Shown: in pieces, positions 1 to 9,230 of the stretch | Position numbering within the stretch: position 1 is the stretch's first letter | How the letters are laid out: the number at the start of each line of letters is the position of its first letter | NCBI GenBank assembly: GCA_041665945.1 | Contig: JBAYHU010000002.1 | Coordinates: 43,350-107,349, forward strand | Direction of reading: 5' to 3' | From: Candidatus Micrarchaeia archaeon | Lineage (GTDB): Archaea > Micrarchaeota > Micrarchaeia > Anstonellales > Anstonellaceae | DNA: 64,000 nt | The notes under the pieces: model-generated | Seen by the model: the letters and a program-made list of their open reading frames with translations, nothing else | Database searches by the model: none | What the model was told of the DNA's origin: nothing | Translations under genes and position numbers: made by a program

Positions 1-429
1 CGTCGAGCCGGAATAATCGGAGCTGTGCAGCGGCTTTTTTTCAGAAAAAACGCGCGAGCGGATTTTCATTTCAAGCGAGGGGATTGAAAGCCGGACGCGC
101 TCAAGCACCGCCTCGCCAACGTCTTTTGGAAGAAGCTCGTCCTTGAGCAGGAGGATTTTTTTGTGAAGCGCTTTTTCGCCGGCGGATAATGACAGCTGGT
201 CGAGTTTTCTTTTGAGGAGGAACCGCTCGACGTGGTTGAGCAATTTTTCCGCGCCGGCAATGCTTTTTTCGCTGAGCAAAAGGGATGCCACCGCGTTGAT
301 GTCTGCCGCGCCCTCGCCGAGAAGCTTTGCGAATTCGCGGAGAGCAAAAATCCTCGTGCGAAGATTCTCGGCGCGCACGGAGAATGCCGGCCCGGGCTTG
401 CGTTCGGGCTGGAGGACGGGTTTTTTCAT
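1..429 (-). CDS. Hypothetical protein, partial (runs off left edge)
   Basis: Read manually: ATG at 429, open frame MKKPVLQPERKPG...LREFAKLLGEG...KKILLLKDELLPK to position 1; not in the ORF track because it has no stop in the window. Confidence 0.6.
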   Translation of the reverse strand, partial: MKKPVLQPERKPGPAFSVRAENLRTRIFALREFAKLLGEGAADINAVASLLLSEKSIAGAEKLLNHVERFLLKRKLDQLSLSAGEKALHKKILLLKDELLPKDVGEAVLERVRLSIPSLEMKIRSRVFSEKKPLHSSDYSGST

Positions 430-504
430 AAAAACGCCCAGTGGCTTGCCGGAAAATTGTGGCTGGAAAAACGTATAATGGGAGCGTGCCGGAAAAAGAG
501 TGCA

Positions 505-555
505 GATAAAATTAAAGGGATGAAAACTGGAAACAGATAAAAATGAAAAAAGAAC
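505..555 (-). terminator. U-rich terminator tract after the r-protein operon
   Basis: Oligo-T runs on the minus strand directly after the uL15 stop, typical of archaeal termination. Confidence 0.5.
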
Positions 556-1041
556 TTACTGCTTTTTCGCGGCAGCCTTCTTGGAGGCGGTTGCAGTCGC
601 CTTCATCTCCTTCTTCGCCGACACTGCCGTCGTGAAGGTGGAGGTTGAGCCGCCCGCAGCCTTTATTTTCTCAGCCGCGCCGCCCGAAAAGGATATTGCC
701 TTGACAACAACCGGCTTGGCAATCGAGCCTGCGCCCAATACCTTGCCTTCGAACTCGAAGTATGCCTTGCCCTCGCGCTTTTCCAATTTGTCAAGAGTCG
801 CGAGCTGGTCGATGACATGCAGGTTGATTGTCTTGATTTTGCCCTTCTTCAGGCTGGCGAAGCCGTGGACTCCGAAGAAGTCAGGCTCGTATGCCGTTAT
901 GTAGGTGAAGCGGTGCTTGTGCATTCCTGCGCGGCCCCAGCCTCCCTTGCCTCCCTTGCCTCGGCGGTTCTTCGTGTTGCCCTTGCCGTGGTTGCGGGAG
1001 CCGTTGAATTTCCTGTTCCGTTTCTTCTGCCTTGTCACCAT
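556..1041 (-). CDS. rpl15: 50S ribosomal protein uL15
   Basis: GSRNHGKG..RRGKGGKGG.GRAG, KVLGAG, AEKIKAAGG motifs; operon position. Confidence 0.96.
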   Translation of the reverse strand: MVTRQKKRNRKFNGSRNHGKGNTKNRRGKGGKGGWGRAGMHKHRFTYITAYEPDFFGVHGFASLKKGKIKTINLHVIDQLATLDKLEKREGKAYFEFEGKVLGAGSIAKPVVVKAISFSGGAAEKIKAAGGSTSTFTTAVSAKKEMKATATASKKAAAKKQ

Positions 1042-1058
1042 GAAAACCAATCCTCAAT

Positions 1059-1505
1059 TTATGCCATCTTGGCTATGAGCCCCGAAATGTCGGCGTTCTT
1101 GCCAAGCGGGCCGTACGGGGTGCCGGACTTCCTGCTTCCGTCGAATCCGCCCTTGGGCGGGGAAAGTGCGAAGAGGTTTTTGACGCCGAAGTCCTCGAGC
1201 GACTTTTCGGACGCGAGGAATTCGGACGCGAGCTTCTCGATTTCGGCGGGCTTTTTCGTTGCGGACAGTTTCTTGCCGTCCACTCCCTTGCCGCGCTTGG
1301 AGAGGAGAAGCGCCATTGCCTTCTCGTCAATCTCGCCGTATGCGACCACGTCCTTTGCGATTTGGAGCATGCCCTTGGAACTCGGGGTGAGCGTGATTAT
1401 CGCGCACGAATAGAGCTTGTTGAGGCGCATGCACTCAAGCGTCTTCTCTATGGTGGGCGAAATCGAAAACAGCCCCTTCAAACGGATGATTGCTATCTTG
1501 CTCAT
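1059..1505 (-). CDS. rpl30: 50S ribosomal protein uL30
   Basis: IAIIRLKG, GMLQ.AKDVVAYGEI, LSPPKGG; between uS5 and uL15. Confidence 0.93.
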   Translation of the reverse strand: MSKIAIIRLKGLFSISPTIEKTLECMRLNKLYSCAIITLTPSSKGMLQIAKDVVAYGEIDEKAMALLLSKRGKGVDGKKLSATKKPAEIEKLASEFLASEKSLEDFGVKNLFALSPPKGGFDGSRKSGTPYGPLGKNADISGLIAKMA

Positions 1506-2191
1506 GAGGACACCTGTTCAGACTTTTTGGATTCCTTTGTTTCCCTGTCTTCCCAGTTCCCGCTCACGCGCATGGAGCTGAGGTGCGAGAGGGCATCCAT
1601 GACTGCCATCGCGCTGTTGTAGATGTTGCGGGTCCTGCCGCGGGAGAAGCTCCAGACGTCCTTCACTCCTGCCGCGCCGAGAACCTTCTTCACCACGTCG
1701 TTCGCCACAATCCCCACGCCGAGCGGCGCGGGCTTGAGCGTGACTTCCACGCTCCCCACCTTGCCTATTACCTTGATGGGGATGGTGTGCTTCTGGTTGC
1801 CAGTGGCTGCTATCGGAACGGAAATCATGCTGCGCTTCGCGCTTTTCACCGCGGACTCGATTGCGGGCTTGACCTCTTCGCTCTTGCCCCAGCCGATGCC
1901 CACGTGGCCGTTCTTGTCGCCGACCAGCACCACCGCGCGGAACTGCGCCTTGCGCCCGTTCTTCGTCATGCGCTGCGTGCTTGAAACCGAAAGCGTCTCC
2001 TCGGTCAGGTTCGGGTAGAGGTGGTCCACTATTTCGTACTCAAGGACCTGCTTGCCCATGACGAATATCTCGTCAATGGAGGTTATCTGCCCGGATTTCA
2101 CCATCCTTCCGATATCGGTCTTGGGAATCCACTCGGGCTTCTCCTCTTCGTTGCGGTCGCGCCGCCTGTCGTTTCTGTAGAATCTTGCCAT
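1502..2191 (-). CDS. rps5: 30S ribosomal protein uS5
   Basis: WIPKT.IGRMVK, VGDKNGHVGIG, PAPLGVGIVA. Confidence 0.97.
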   Translation of the reverse strand: MARFYRNDRRRDRNEEEKPEWIPKTDIGRMVKSGQITSIDEIFVMGKQVLEYEIVDHLYPNLTEETLSVSSTQRMTKNGRKAQFRAVVLVGDKNGHVGIGWGKSEEVKPAIESAVKSAKRSMISVPIAATGNQKHTIPIKVIGKVGSVEVTLKPAPLGVGIVANDVVKKVLGAAGVKDVWSFSRGRTRNIYNSAMAVMDALSHLSSMRVSGNWEDRETKESKKSEQVSS

Positions 2192-2199
2192 TTATCCAC

Positions 2200-2784
2200 C
2201 TAAAGCTTGCTTATCTTGCCCTTCGTTGCGTTGAACGCCTCGACCATCTTCTCAGGCTCGAACTTCTCCTTTATGTACGAGGAGAAGAGCTTGGAGTATT
2301 TCGCCGGGTCTGATGCCTTGAGGGACTTTGCGTACGCGGCAATCGTCGCGCCGGTCATCCTCTCCTCGGTAATCATCTCGTCCGTGTAATTCGTTGTGAG
2401 CCCGGCGTCGATTGCGCCCTTGAGCGCGGCGAAGAGTATCGAGCCCTTGCTCGGAGTCTGCATGCCGATGTCGAGGTTGAACGCCTTGGCGCCCTTCTTC
2501 GCAGCCAACCGCGCGGAAAGCATTCCACAGAGGTAGGCGGTCGGGGCGTTGCAGCGGGGGGACCATCCGTACTGGGATAGCCCGCTCGAGCGCACGGATG
2601 AAAGCATCTTGTCGCCTTCAAGCGAGTATTCGATGAACTGAACGAGCACTCCTGTCGAGGATTTCCTCACAACCATGCGTGGCGCGTCGCCCTTGACAAG
2701 CGCGAGGCGCTTGGCGTAGTTGGTCAGGTTCTTCCTGCGGCGCCTGAATGCCACTTTGTATACCGGCCCTGTTGCGTGTCCCAC
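2200..2784 (-). CDS. rpl18: 50S ribosomal protein uL18
   Basis: FRRRR..LTNY.KRL, NAPTAYLCG, LKGAIDAGL; likely GTG start. Confidence 0.96.
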   Translation of the reverse strand: MGHATGPVYKVAFRRRRKNLTNYAKRLALVKGDAPRMVVRKSSTGVLVQFIEYSLEGDKMLSSVRSSGLSQYGWSPRCNAPTAYLCGMLSARLAAKKGAKAFNLDIGMQTPSKGSILFAALKGAIDAGLTTNYTDEMITEERMTGATIAAYAKSLKASDPAKYSKLFSSYIKEKFEPEKMVEAFNATKGKISKL

Positions 2785-2812
2785 ATAATCACATCGTTTC
2801 AATCGTAATCGT

Positions 2813-3361
2813 TTACTGCTTCTTTACTTCTGTCTTTGCTTCATTTTTGGCACTTGCCTTTGCCCCTTTCTGGGCGTCTTTCCGGGAGTCGATGCGAACC
2901 CGCTCGACTTTCTCGGACGACAAAAGCTTGTTGTCCCTGAGGTATGTCTCAAGAACCTTCACGCCCTTGAAAGCGTTGCCCTTTACCATGAGATAAATCT
3001 TGCGGGATGACTCTTCAGGCACACGGCCTGATTCCACAAGCCTGCGGAGGAGCTTCCTCTGCGAGCGGATTTTCGCCATCCACGCGAGCTTGTCGCCCGT
3101 GCGGGTGCTGAAGGTTCCCTTGCGGCTGCCCGTGCCAGAGCGGCGGCCCTTGCGCTTCTGAGCCTGCTTCTTCTTCGCGCGAACGCGGGAAACGCCGCGC
3201 TTTGCAATCGCGGTTATGTCGCCTTCGCGTATGAGCGCGCGCACGTCCTCGCGGGTGAGCGCCTCCTCTATCTTTCCGAGCGACTCCGGGTTGAAGCGTA
3301 TCTTGGATTCGCCGATTCCCATTATCTCGGACGCAATCCTTCGGACGTTTTTCATTGCCAT
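2813..3361 (-). CDS. rpl19e: 50S ribosomal protein eL19
   Basis: TREDVRALI, GVSRVR, GRRSGTGSRKG. Confidence 0.96.
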   Translation of the reverse strand: MAMKNVRRIASEIMGIGESKIRFNPESLGKIEEALTREDVRALIREGDITAIAKRGVSRVRAKKKQAQKRKGRRSGTGSRKGTFSTRTGDKLAWMAKIRSQRKLLRRLVESGRVPEESSRKIYLMVKGNAFKGVKVLETYLRDNKLLSSEKVERVRIDSRKDAQKGAKASAKNEAKTEVKKQ

Positions 3362-3415
3362 GAAATTTCACCAAATTTCAGACATCGAGCGCAGCTCGAT
3401 GCTGATAAATATCAC

Positions 3416-3913
3416 TTAATTGACTGCCTTCTTCGCGGGCTCCGCAGCCTTGGGTGCCTCGGCCTTGGGCGTTTCGGCTTTTGGAGTTTCGGCCCTTGTC
3501 TTGGGCTCTTCTGCCTTCTTTGCATCGGCCCTTGTCTTCGCAACCTTCGGCTTCTTGACCGGGTAGTTCTTGCTCTTGTTGACCACGTGAATCTTCGCGG
3601 CCTCGCAGAGCTTGATGATTGCCTCGCGCTTCACGCGGCCCACTCCGCCCGCGATGCGGACAACGACGTCCTTCAGGCCTTTCAGCTCTGCCGGAGTCTG
3701 CACGATTATCTCGTCAAGCCCCTTGGGGTGCTTGCCCTTCAGGACAAGGGGCTGCCCGTATCCGATGGATGGCGAGCATCCCATGTACTTTATCTTCGCG
3801 CGCTTCTTGTTGTCGATTCCGCGCGGGCGGCGCCATGCGAGCTTTATCCTGCTCCTGCTGCTTCTTCCGTAGTTGGGGCGCAGGAATTTCGGGTGAGTGC
3901 GTTTCGTTGCCAT
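3416..3913 (-). CDS. rpl32e: 50S ribosomal protein eL32 with Ala/Pro/Lys/Glu-rich tail
   Basis: WRRPRGIDNK, PSIGYG, HPKGL. Confidence 0.95.
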   Translation of the reverse strand: MATKRTHPKFLRPNYGRSSRSRIKLAWRRPRGIDNKKRAKIKYMGCSPSIGYGQPLVLKGKHPKGLDEIIVQTPAELKGLKDVVVRIAGGVGRVKREAIIKLCEAAKIHVVNKSKNYPVKKPKVAKTRADAKKAEEPKTRAETPKAETPKAEAPKAAEPAKKAVN

Positions 3914-3927
3914 AAAAATCACAATAT

Positions 3928-4422
3928 TCATTCTTCAACGACGTAGTATCCGTCCTGGAACACGCGAGAGTCGCGGTTGCGGATTTTCGTCGCCATCTTC
4001 AGGTTGGAATATGTCTGCCCGACTTCATCCTTGCTGATGCCGGAGATTGTCATGTCCTGCCCCTTTGCCTCGACTTTCGTCTGCCCGATGATTTTCACGC
4101 GGCGGGGCTGCTTCTCCCCGAGGAAGTTCTTGACGAGCATTTCCTTGCCCTTCATCTCGATTGCAATCGGGAAGTGGGCGAAGATGGACTTGAGCTTCAT
4201 CGAGTATCCCTTGGTGACGCCGTTCGCCATGTTGCGCACGTGCGTCTCCACGGTCGTGGTTATCTTGTTCGAGCCGCTTGCGACAAACTCGTCGCCCTTC
4301 ATCGCGAATGTGAGGCCCGGGTAGGTGAAAGACCTGGTGAGCGTGCCCTTGGCGCCGCTGACCGTGACTGTCTTTCCCGCAACCGATACCTTTGCTCCTT
4401 CAGGAATTTTCATTTCAACCAA
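3928..4422 (-). CDS. rpl6: 50S ribosomal protein uL6
   Basis: NMANGVTKGY, AHFPI, NFLGEK, DSRVFQDG. Confidence 0.96.
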   Translation of the reverse strand: MVEMKIPEGAKVSVAGKTVTVSGAKGTLTRSFTYPGLTFAMKGDEFVASGSNKITTTVETHVRNMANGVTKGYSMKLKSIFAHFPIAIEMKGKEMLVKNFLGEKQPRRVKIIGQTKVEAKGQDMTISGISKDEVGQTYSNLKMATKIRNRDSRVFQDGYYVVEE

Positions 4423-4425
4423 CCT

Positions 4426-4812
4426 TTAGTAAACGAACGCCAGCAATCTTCCGCCGAGTCCCTTGCCCTTGGCTTCCGTGTGAGTCATGAGCCCCTGCGG
4501 GGTTGACACCACGAACATGCCGAATCCGCTGCCCGGGAGGTACTTGGATTCCCAGTCGTTCCAGTCGCTGCGCTTGACCGCGAAGCGGGGCTTGACAGCT
4601 CCGCACTTGTTTATCTTGCCAAGCAGCTTTATCTTGAAGTAACCGCTCTTGCCATCGTCGACGAACTCGAAGTCGCCGATGTAGCCGGTGCGCTGGAGAA
4701 TCTTCAGGGTCTCCCTGACCAGCTTGCTCGGTTTTACCTCGCATACCTGCTTGCTGAACGTCTCGTGCGTTCTTATCGAGTTCAGCGCGTCTGCGAGCGG
4801 ATCGTTTGCCAT
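4426..4812 (-). CDS. rps8: 30S ribosomal protein uS8
   Basis: DPLADAL, INKCGAVKPRF, STPQGLMTH, GGRLLAFVY. Confidence 0.97.
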   Translation of the reverse strand: MANDPLADALNSIRTHETFSKQVCEVKPSKLVRETLKILQRTGYIGDFEFVDDGKSGYFKIKLLGKINKCGAVKPRFAVKRSDWNDWESKYLPGSGFGMFVVSTPQGLMTHTEAKGKGLGGRLLAFVY

Positions 4813-4829
4813 ATCATCCCTCAGTAATA

Positions 4830-5012
4830 TCAATACTTGCGGAAGCCGACTTCCTCGGCGACCTCTCTGAAGCAACGGCGGCATATCCGCAGGTTGTATG
4901 AGCGGATCAGCGCGCGGGCGGATCTGCAGAACCTGCATTTCCTCATGCCCTTGCCCTGATACTTGTGCTCAGGCGGAACGCCGTGCGACTTCTTCTTCTT
5001 TTCATCAGCCAT
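4830..5012 (-). CDS. rps14: 30S ribosomal protein uS14 (Zn-binding form)
   Basis: CRFC...ICRRCFRE..GFRKY. Confidence 0.96.
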   Translation of the reverse strand: MADEKKKKSHGVPPEHKYQGKGMRKCRFCRSARALIRSYNLRICRRCFREVAEEVGFRKY

Positions 5013-5029
5013 GAATATTCCTCCTGAAA

Positions 5030-5539
5030 TCATTGGACGGTAATCGCGAACGTTGATTTCGCGAACTCCATGCCGTCATCCTTTGTGAGGCGGTGCGTCT
5101 TGCCTATCTTGGACTTGCCGCGCCTGCGCCTCACCACGCGGTAGCCGCGGCGGCGAAGAGTTATGCAGACATCGAAGCCCATCATCCCGATTTGCGGGTC
5201 GTACTTCGCCCCGGGGAACTCGATGTATTCGGGGACCCCGAAGGAGAAATTGCCCTCCTTGTCGAACGATTTTACGGGAAGCGTGAATGCCTTGACCTTG
5301 AGCGCTTTTTTGACGAACTCGATTGCGGACGGCCCGCGGAGCGTCGCCTTGGTGCCGATGATGTCCCCCTTCTTTATCTTGAAGACGGGGTTGCGCACCT
5401 TCGCGTGCGTAGGCACGGCCTTGGCTCCCGAGAGCCGCTCAAGAAGCGTCTTGGCGTTCTCAAGCTCCTGCCCGGCCCTTCCAATGCCGATGTTGAGCGT
5501 CACTTTGTCGACGATAACATCCTTCATCTTGTTTTCCAT
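5030..5539 (-). CDS. rpl5: 50S ribosomal protein uL5
   Basis: KVTLNIG, GNFSFG, KYDP.IG..GFDV. Confidence 0.97.
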   Translation of the reverse strand: MENKMKDVIVDKVTLNIGIGRAGQELENAKTLLERLSGAKAVPTHAKVRNPVFKIKKGDIIGTKATLRGPSAIEFVKKALKVKAFTLPVKSFDKEGNFSFGVPEYIEFPGAKYDPQIGMMGFDVCITLRRRGYRVVRRRRGKSKIGKTHRLTKDDGMEFAKSTFAITVQ

Positions 5540-5578
5540 TGCTCTTCACCATTGTGCAAATATGTTTTCCAATCCAAT

Positions 5579-6280
5579 CTATGCGTAGTTCCCGTCAATC
5601 AGGAACAGGTATCTTGCTATCGTGATGAACTGCCCGGACGGGCCGGTCATGAGGACCTCGGACTCGTGCGAGCCAGGCCTCTCGATTACCTTGTCCAATT
5701 TCGCCCGCTCTCCGCGGTGCTTGCCCTCGACCACGAGGCAGTCCGCGCCCGGCGCGAACTTGATGTGCGAGACCAGCTTGAACTCCGGCAGGGAGAACAC
5801 GCATGTGTCGCCCGTGGAGATGTGCTTGTCGCCGAGGTAATTCCTTCCGTCGTGGAACGTGATTTGCGTCTTTGCACCCTTTATGGTCTGCTTGCCCGTG
5901 ACCTTAAGGTACTTGCGACTCGCCGCCTCCCCGCTTATCGCCTTGGGGACGAGGTTGGGGCCGGAAAGCTCCATGCGATAGGACTTCTTCTCGACGGGCT
6001 CGGACACTATGTCCATGATTCCGATTGGGTACTTGGGCTCGGAAATCTTCTTTCCGTCCACGAGCACCGCGCCCATGTTCAGGAGTTTCTTGACCTCGTG
6101 CAGGTTCTGCGCGCGCCCGAGCACGTCGCGGATGAGAACTCCCGCGGAGATGCTCTCGAGCTTCTTGTGCGGGCCTGGCGAGGGAGCGAGCAGCCACTTG
6201 ACCGCTTTTCGCTTGACTACGCCGAGCCTCTTGTTTGCGCGCATGCGCACGAAGTGGTGTGAACCGCCTTTTTTGGACAT
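5579..6280 (-). CDS. rps4e: 30S ribosomal protein eS4
   Basis: PSPGPH, VDGK...PKYPIGIMD, HDGRN. Confidence 0.95.
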   Translation of the reverse strand: MSKKGGSHHFVRMRANKRLGVVKRKAVKWLLAPSPGPHKKLESISAGVLIRDVLGRAQNLHEVKKLLNMGAVLVDGKKISEPKYPIGIMDIVSEPVEKKSYRMELSGPNLVPKAISGEAASRKYLKVTGKQTIKGAKTQITFHDGRNYLGDKHISTGDTCVFSLPEFKLVSHIKFAPGADCLVVEGKHRGERAKLDKVIERPGSHESEVLMTGPSGQFITIARYLFLIDGNYA

Positions 6281-6299
6281 AATATCAACCTTGCAATAA

Positions 6300-6674
6300 T
6301 TACTGCTTCTTCTTGCCTGACCTCTGTATCATTTCCAGCCTGTCCTTGGAGAACTCCCCCTCCAAAAGCAGGAGGTTGGACGGGTCCACGGGCATGAGCT
6401 TCTCGATTCCCTTCGCATTCTTCTGAGTGTAGCCCTCGACATATACCTTCAGGTCGTTGAGCTCCACTTCAAGTATCTTGCCTGTAAGCCCCTTGCGCTC
6501 GCCGCGCATTACCTTCACCCTGTCGCCCTTGTGGGCCGGGACGCTTCTGCGAGCGGTGCCGAGCTTCGCTTTCAGTTCCTTTGAAACGTGCACTGCCACC
6601 ATCTTCTTCCTCTGGTGCATGGGCGCGTTGTAGCGGAACTTCCTCTGCTTTCGCGGCTGTATTGAATTCTCCAT
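6300..6674 (-). CDS. rpl24: 50S ribosomal protein uL24
   Basis: QPRKQRK..YNAPMH, KOW motif GDRVKVMRG, DPSNL. Confidence 0.96.
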   Translation of the reverse strand: MENSIQPRKQRKFRYNAPMHQRKKMVAVHVSKELKAKLGTARRSVPAHKGDRVKVMRGERKGLTGKILEVELNDLKVYVEGYTQKNAKGIEKLMPVDPSNLLLLEGEFSKDRLEMIQRSGKKKQ

Positions 6675-6684
6675 AATCATCACT

Positions 6685-7083
6685 TTACACTACTGCTGCG
6701 GCGATTGCCGCGACTTTGGGGAAGCGCGTCGCCACTTCGCGGGCGATGACTCCCTTGATTTCCGTGCCGACGGGCAGCCCCTGGTCGTCGATTATGACGC
6801 AGGCGTTGTCCTCGAAGGAAATCCTCATGCCGTTGGGGCGCCTGAAGTGCTGCGCCTGGCGCACCACCACCGCCTTGAGGACCTTCTTCTTCATGGCAGC
6901 GGAGCCCTTCTTGACTGCGACCGTAATTATGTCGCCGATGCCGACCTTGGGGTACATGGCGCGCTTCGCCTTTGCACCCTTCACGCCGATTATCATGACC
7001 ATCTTGGCGCCCGAGTTGTCGTTGCAAATGAGCACCGAACCGGTCTGCAGGCCCTTTGTGATGTGTCCGCCCAATCCTTTCAT
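6685..7083 (-). CDS. rpl14: 50S ribosomal protein uL14
   Basis: DNSGAK, GDII..AVKKG, FEDNACV, GTEIKG. Confidence 0.97.
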   Translation of the reverse strand: MKGLGGHITKGLQTGSVLICNDNSGAKMVMIIGVKGAKAKRAMYPKVGIGDIITVAVKKGSAAMKKKVLKAVVVRQAQHFRRPNGMRISFEDNACVIIDDQGLPVGTEIKGVIAREVATRFPKVAAIAAAVV

Positions 7084-7112
7084 AGTATCAACTTTTCATC
7101 CAACGATGGAAA

Positions 7113-7517
7113 TTATTCTTCCTTTTTCGCCTCTTCCTTCACGGGAAGCTCGGCGCGCTTGACCTCGGCTTTCTTCAGGCGGTCGGCTTCCTCGCCGAGA
7201 GCCCTGCCTCCTTTCGCTTCGATGACCACGATGCCGCGGGCGCGCTCGGTCACTTTCGTGACGGTCCACGCCTTTGTCTTTGAAATCTTCCTGCATTCCG
7301 CTATCTCGACCATGTCGCCGAGCTTCGCTCCGACCGCGTCGGGGTTGTGCACCGGCACGCGGCTCTTGCTTCTTGCGGAGCGCGCGTACTTGGGGAAGCG
7401 CTCGAGTGTCTCCCACTCGACGATGACCGTCCTCTTGGAGCGGTCGCTGACGACCTTGCCCGTGCGGACGTGCCCGCGCGGGACAATCGGGCCTTTCCTG
7501 CTTGGATTTTCAACCAT
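7113..7517 (-). CDS. rps17: 30S ribosomal protein uS17
   Basis: GKVVSD...TVIV, PKY, VHNP, GDMVEIAECRKISKTK. Confidence 0.95.
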   Translation of the reverse strand: MVENPSRKGPIVPRGHVRTGKVVSDRSKRTVIVEWETLERFPKYARSARSKSRVPVHNPDAVGAKLGDMVEIAECRKISKTKAWTVTKVTERARGIVVIEAKGGRALGEEADRLKKAEVKRAELPVKEEAKKEE

Positions 7518-7543
7518 AAATATTACCTCGGACATTGCAAACA

Positions 7544-7816
7544 TCATTTCAGTTTCTTCGGACGGTCATATGGCCTGAACACAATCTTGTCCCCAACGAG
7601 GTCCGCGGTTTTCCCTCCGGCGAGCCGGAAACGGAAAACGCATCCCTTTTTGGGCACGGTTTTCTCTGTCCCATCCCCCGTGCGAAGCACGAGCGTGTTC
7701 TTGGTTTCGTCAACCACGATTCCCTCAAGCCCCTCATGCGGAAGCGAAAGCGCGCGTTGCACTTTTGCCCGCAGGCCGATGAATTCGTGGATGCGGAGAT
7801 TCTGCGGCGTTATCAT
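7544..7816 (-). CDS. rnp1: Ribonuclease P protein component 1 (Rpp29)
   Basis: HEFIGL, GIVVDETKNTL, VPK...F; conserved position after SUI1. Confidence 0.93.
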   Translation of the reverse strand: MITPQNLRIHEFIGLRAKVQRALSLPHEGLEGIVVDETKNTLVLRTGDGTEKTVPKKGCVFRFRLAGGKTADLVGDKIVFRPYDRPKKLK

Positions 7817-7827
7817 AATCGCCACAC

Positions 7828-8145
7828 CTACTGCAGGTTTTCCATGACGGTAATGCTGCCCTCGGGATAGCCGAAGTTCACCAGGGCTTTCCTGATGTTC
7901 TTGCGCTGGTCCCCTTGCAGGACAATCACGCCGTCCTTTACGGTTCCGCCGCACGCGAGCTTCTTCTTCAGTTCCTTGCCGGTCTCATCGAGCTTTGCCT
8001 TGTCGATGCCCTCGACGACTGTCACCAGTTTCCGGAACCTTTTCTTCGTCGCGTATGCGCGGATTCTCTGCGTCTCCTCCTTTTCGAGGATGTCGCAGGA
8101 GCAAATCTCCTTTATCAAACCGCATTTCGGACAGATATCAGCCAA
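7828..8145 (-). CDS. Translation initiation factor aIF1 (SUI1), TTG start
   Basis: ICPKCGL..C.C, LKKKLACGGTVK, LQGD; SD-like GAAGGTGG upstream of TTG. Confidence 0.95.
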   Translation of the reverse strand: MADICPKCGLIKEICSCDILEKEETQRIRAYATKKRFRKLVTVVEGIDKAKLDETGKELKKKLACGGTVKDGVIVLQGDQRKNIRKALVNFGYPEGSITVMENLQ

Positions 8146-8200
8146 TTTCGTCCACCTTCCACGACCGCTTCCGCAGCCGTATATTTTTCATATATTAACG

Positions 8201-8473
8201 TTACTTCTTTGCCTCGGCTTTTTTCGCCGGCTCTTCTTTCTTGCCTGCGAAAGCCTTGACTTTCCGAACAATGCCGAGTTTCCTCTCGTGCAGGATGGTC
8301 AGGATGCGCGCCACGGACTTCCTAAGCTCGCTGACCTTCCCGGTGTTGGACGCCCTGCCTCCTGCCGCAAGCAGCCCGCGCTCGGAGTTGAGCTCCTTCT
8401 GGAAGTCAAAAAGCTTGGTCTGCAGTTCCGCATCGGACATTTCCCGCAGCTTGCTCTTCTTGATTATTGCCAT
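8201..8473 (-). CDS. rpl29: 50S ribosomal protein uL29
   Basis: LREMSD.EL, LRKSVARILTI. Confidence 0.94.
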   Translation of the reverse strand: MAIIKKSKLREMSDAELQTKLFDFQKELNSERGLLAAGGRASNTGKVSELRKSVARILTILHERKLGIVRKVKAFAGKKEEPAKKAEAKK

Positions 8474-8485
8474 ATGAATCAACAC

Positions 8486-9214
8486 TTACCTTCTCCTCTG
8501 CATCGGGCGCCTCTTCTTCATGGGCATGGGCGTCACCTTGGGCGCCACTTCCATGGGCGTTGATGCCGTGACGTCGGCTGCTCCGGAGATGACCCTCGGA
8601 AGCTCTATCTTCGCGCCGGACACCTTGTCGGGGAAGACGGTTCCCGGGAGGACAATCCTCACGAGCACGCCGATTGCGCCCGACTTGGGGTACGCAGTCA
8701 CGTGCGACACGGCAACCTGCCTTGCCGGCTCGCCTGCCTTTGGAATATAACCTGCCATGACGCGCAGCTTCTTGCTCCTGCCGCCTTTCGCGGCAATCTT
8801 GCCGGATGCGACGATTTCCGCGCCGAGTGCGCCTGCGCGCATGGCGTCACGGAGAGCCACGTGGAGGATTGCGCGGATTTTCTTCCCCATTTCAATGTAC
8901 TTGCAAATCCTCTTCGCAACGAGGCGCGGCTCGATGTTCTGGTTCGTGGATTCCACGACCGAAATCTGCGGGTTTTCTATCTTGAATTCCTTGTGGATTG
9001 CGTCGGTGAGGTCCTGTATGCTCTTGCCGCGCTTGCCGATTACCCTTCCCGGGTTGGTCACTTCGACCGCGATGCGCGTCACCATCGGGGTGCGCTGGAT
9101 GCCTACGCGGGAAAACCCTGCGCGGTCAAGCTCGTGCTCGAGGAACTTGGACACGCGGTAGCGCGTGATTGCGTCCTCGATGAACTTTTCCTCGACTTTC
9201 TGTTTGTCTCCCAT
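8486..9214 (-). CDS. rps3: 30S ribosomal protein uS3
   Basis: RAGF, PGRVIGKRG KH motif, GA.GAEI..SGK. Confidence 0.96.
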   Translation of the reverse strand: MGDKQKVEEKFIEDAITRYRVSKFLEHELDRAGFSRVGIQRTPMVTRIAVEVTNPGRVIGKRGKSIQDLTDAIHKEFKIENPQISVVESTNQNIEPRLVAKRICKYIEMGKKIRAILHVALRDAMRAGALGAEIVASGKIAAKGGRSKKLRVMAGYIPKAGEPARQVAVSHVTAYPKSGAIGVLVRIVLPGTVFPDKVSGAKIELPRVISGAADVTASTPMEVAPKVTPMPMKKRRPMQRRR

Positions 9215-9230
9215 AAATATCACATGTCAG

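Noticed and set aside
212-540. Plus-strand ORFs 212..478 and 232..540
   Set aside because: The minus-strand frame from 429 reads as a more protein-like sequence and continues the operon orientation
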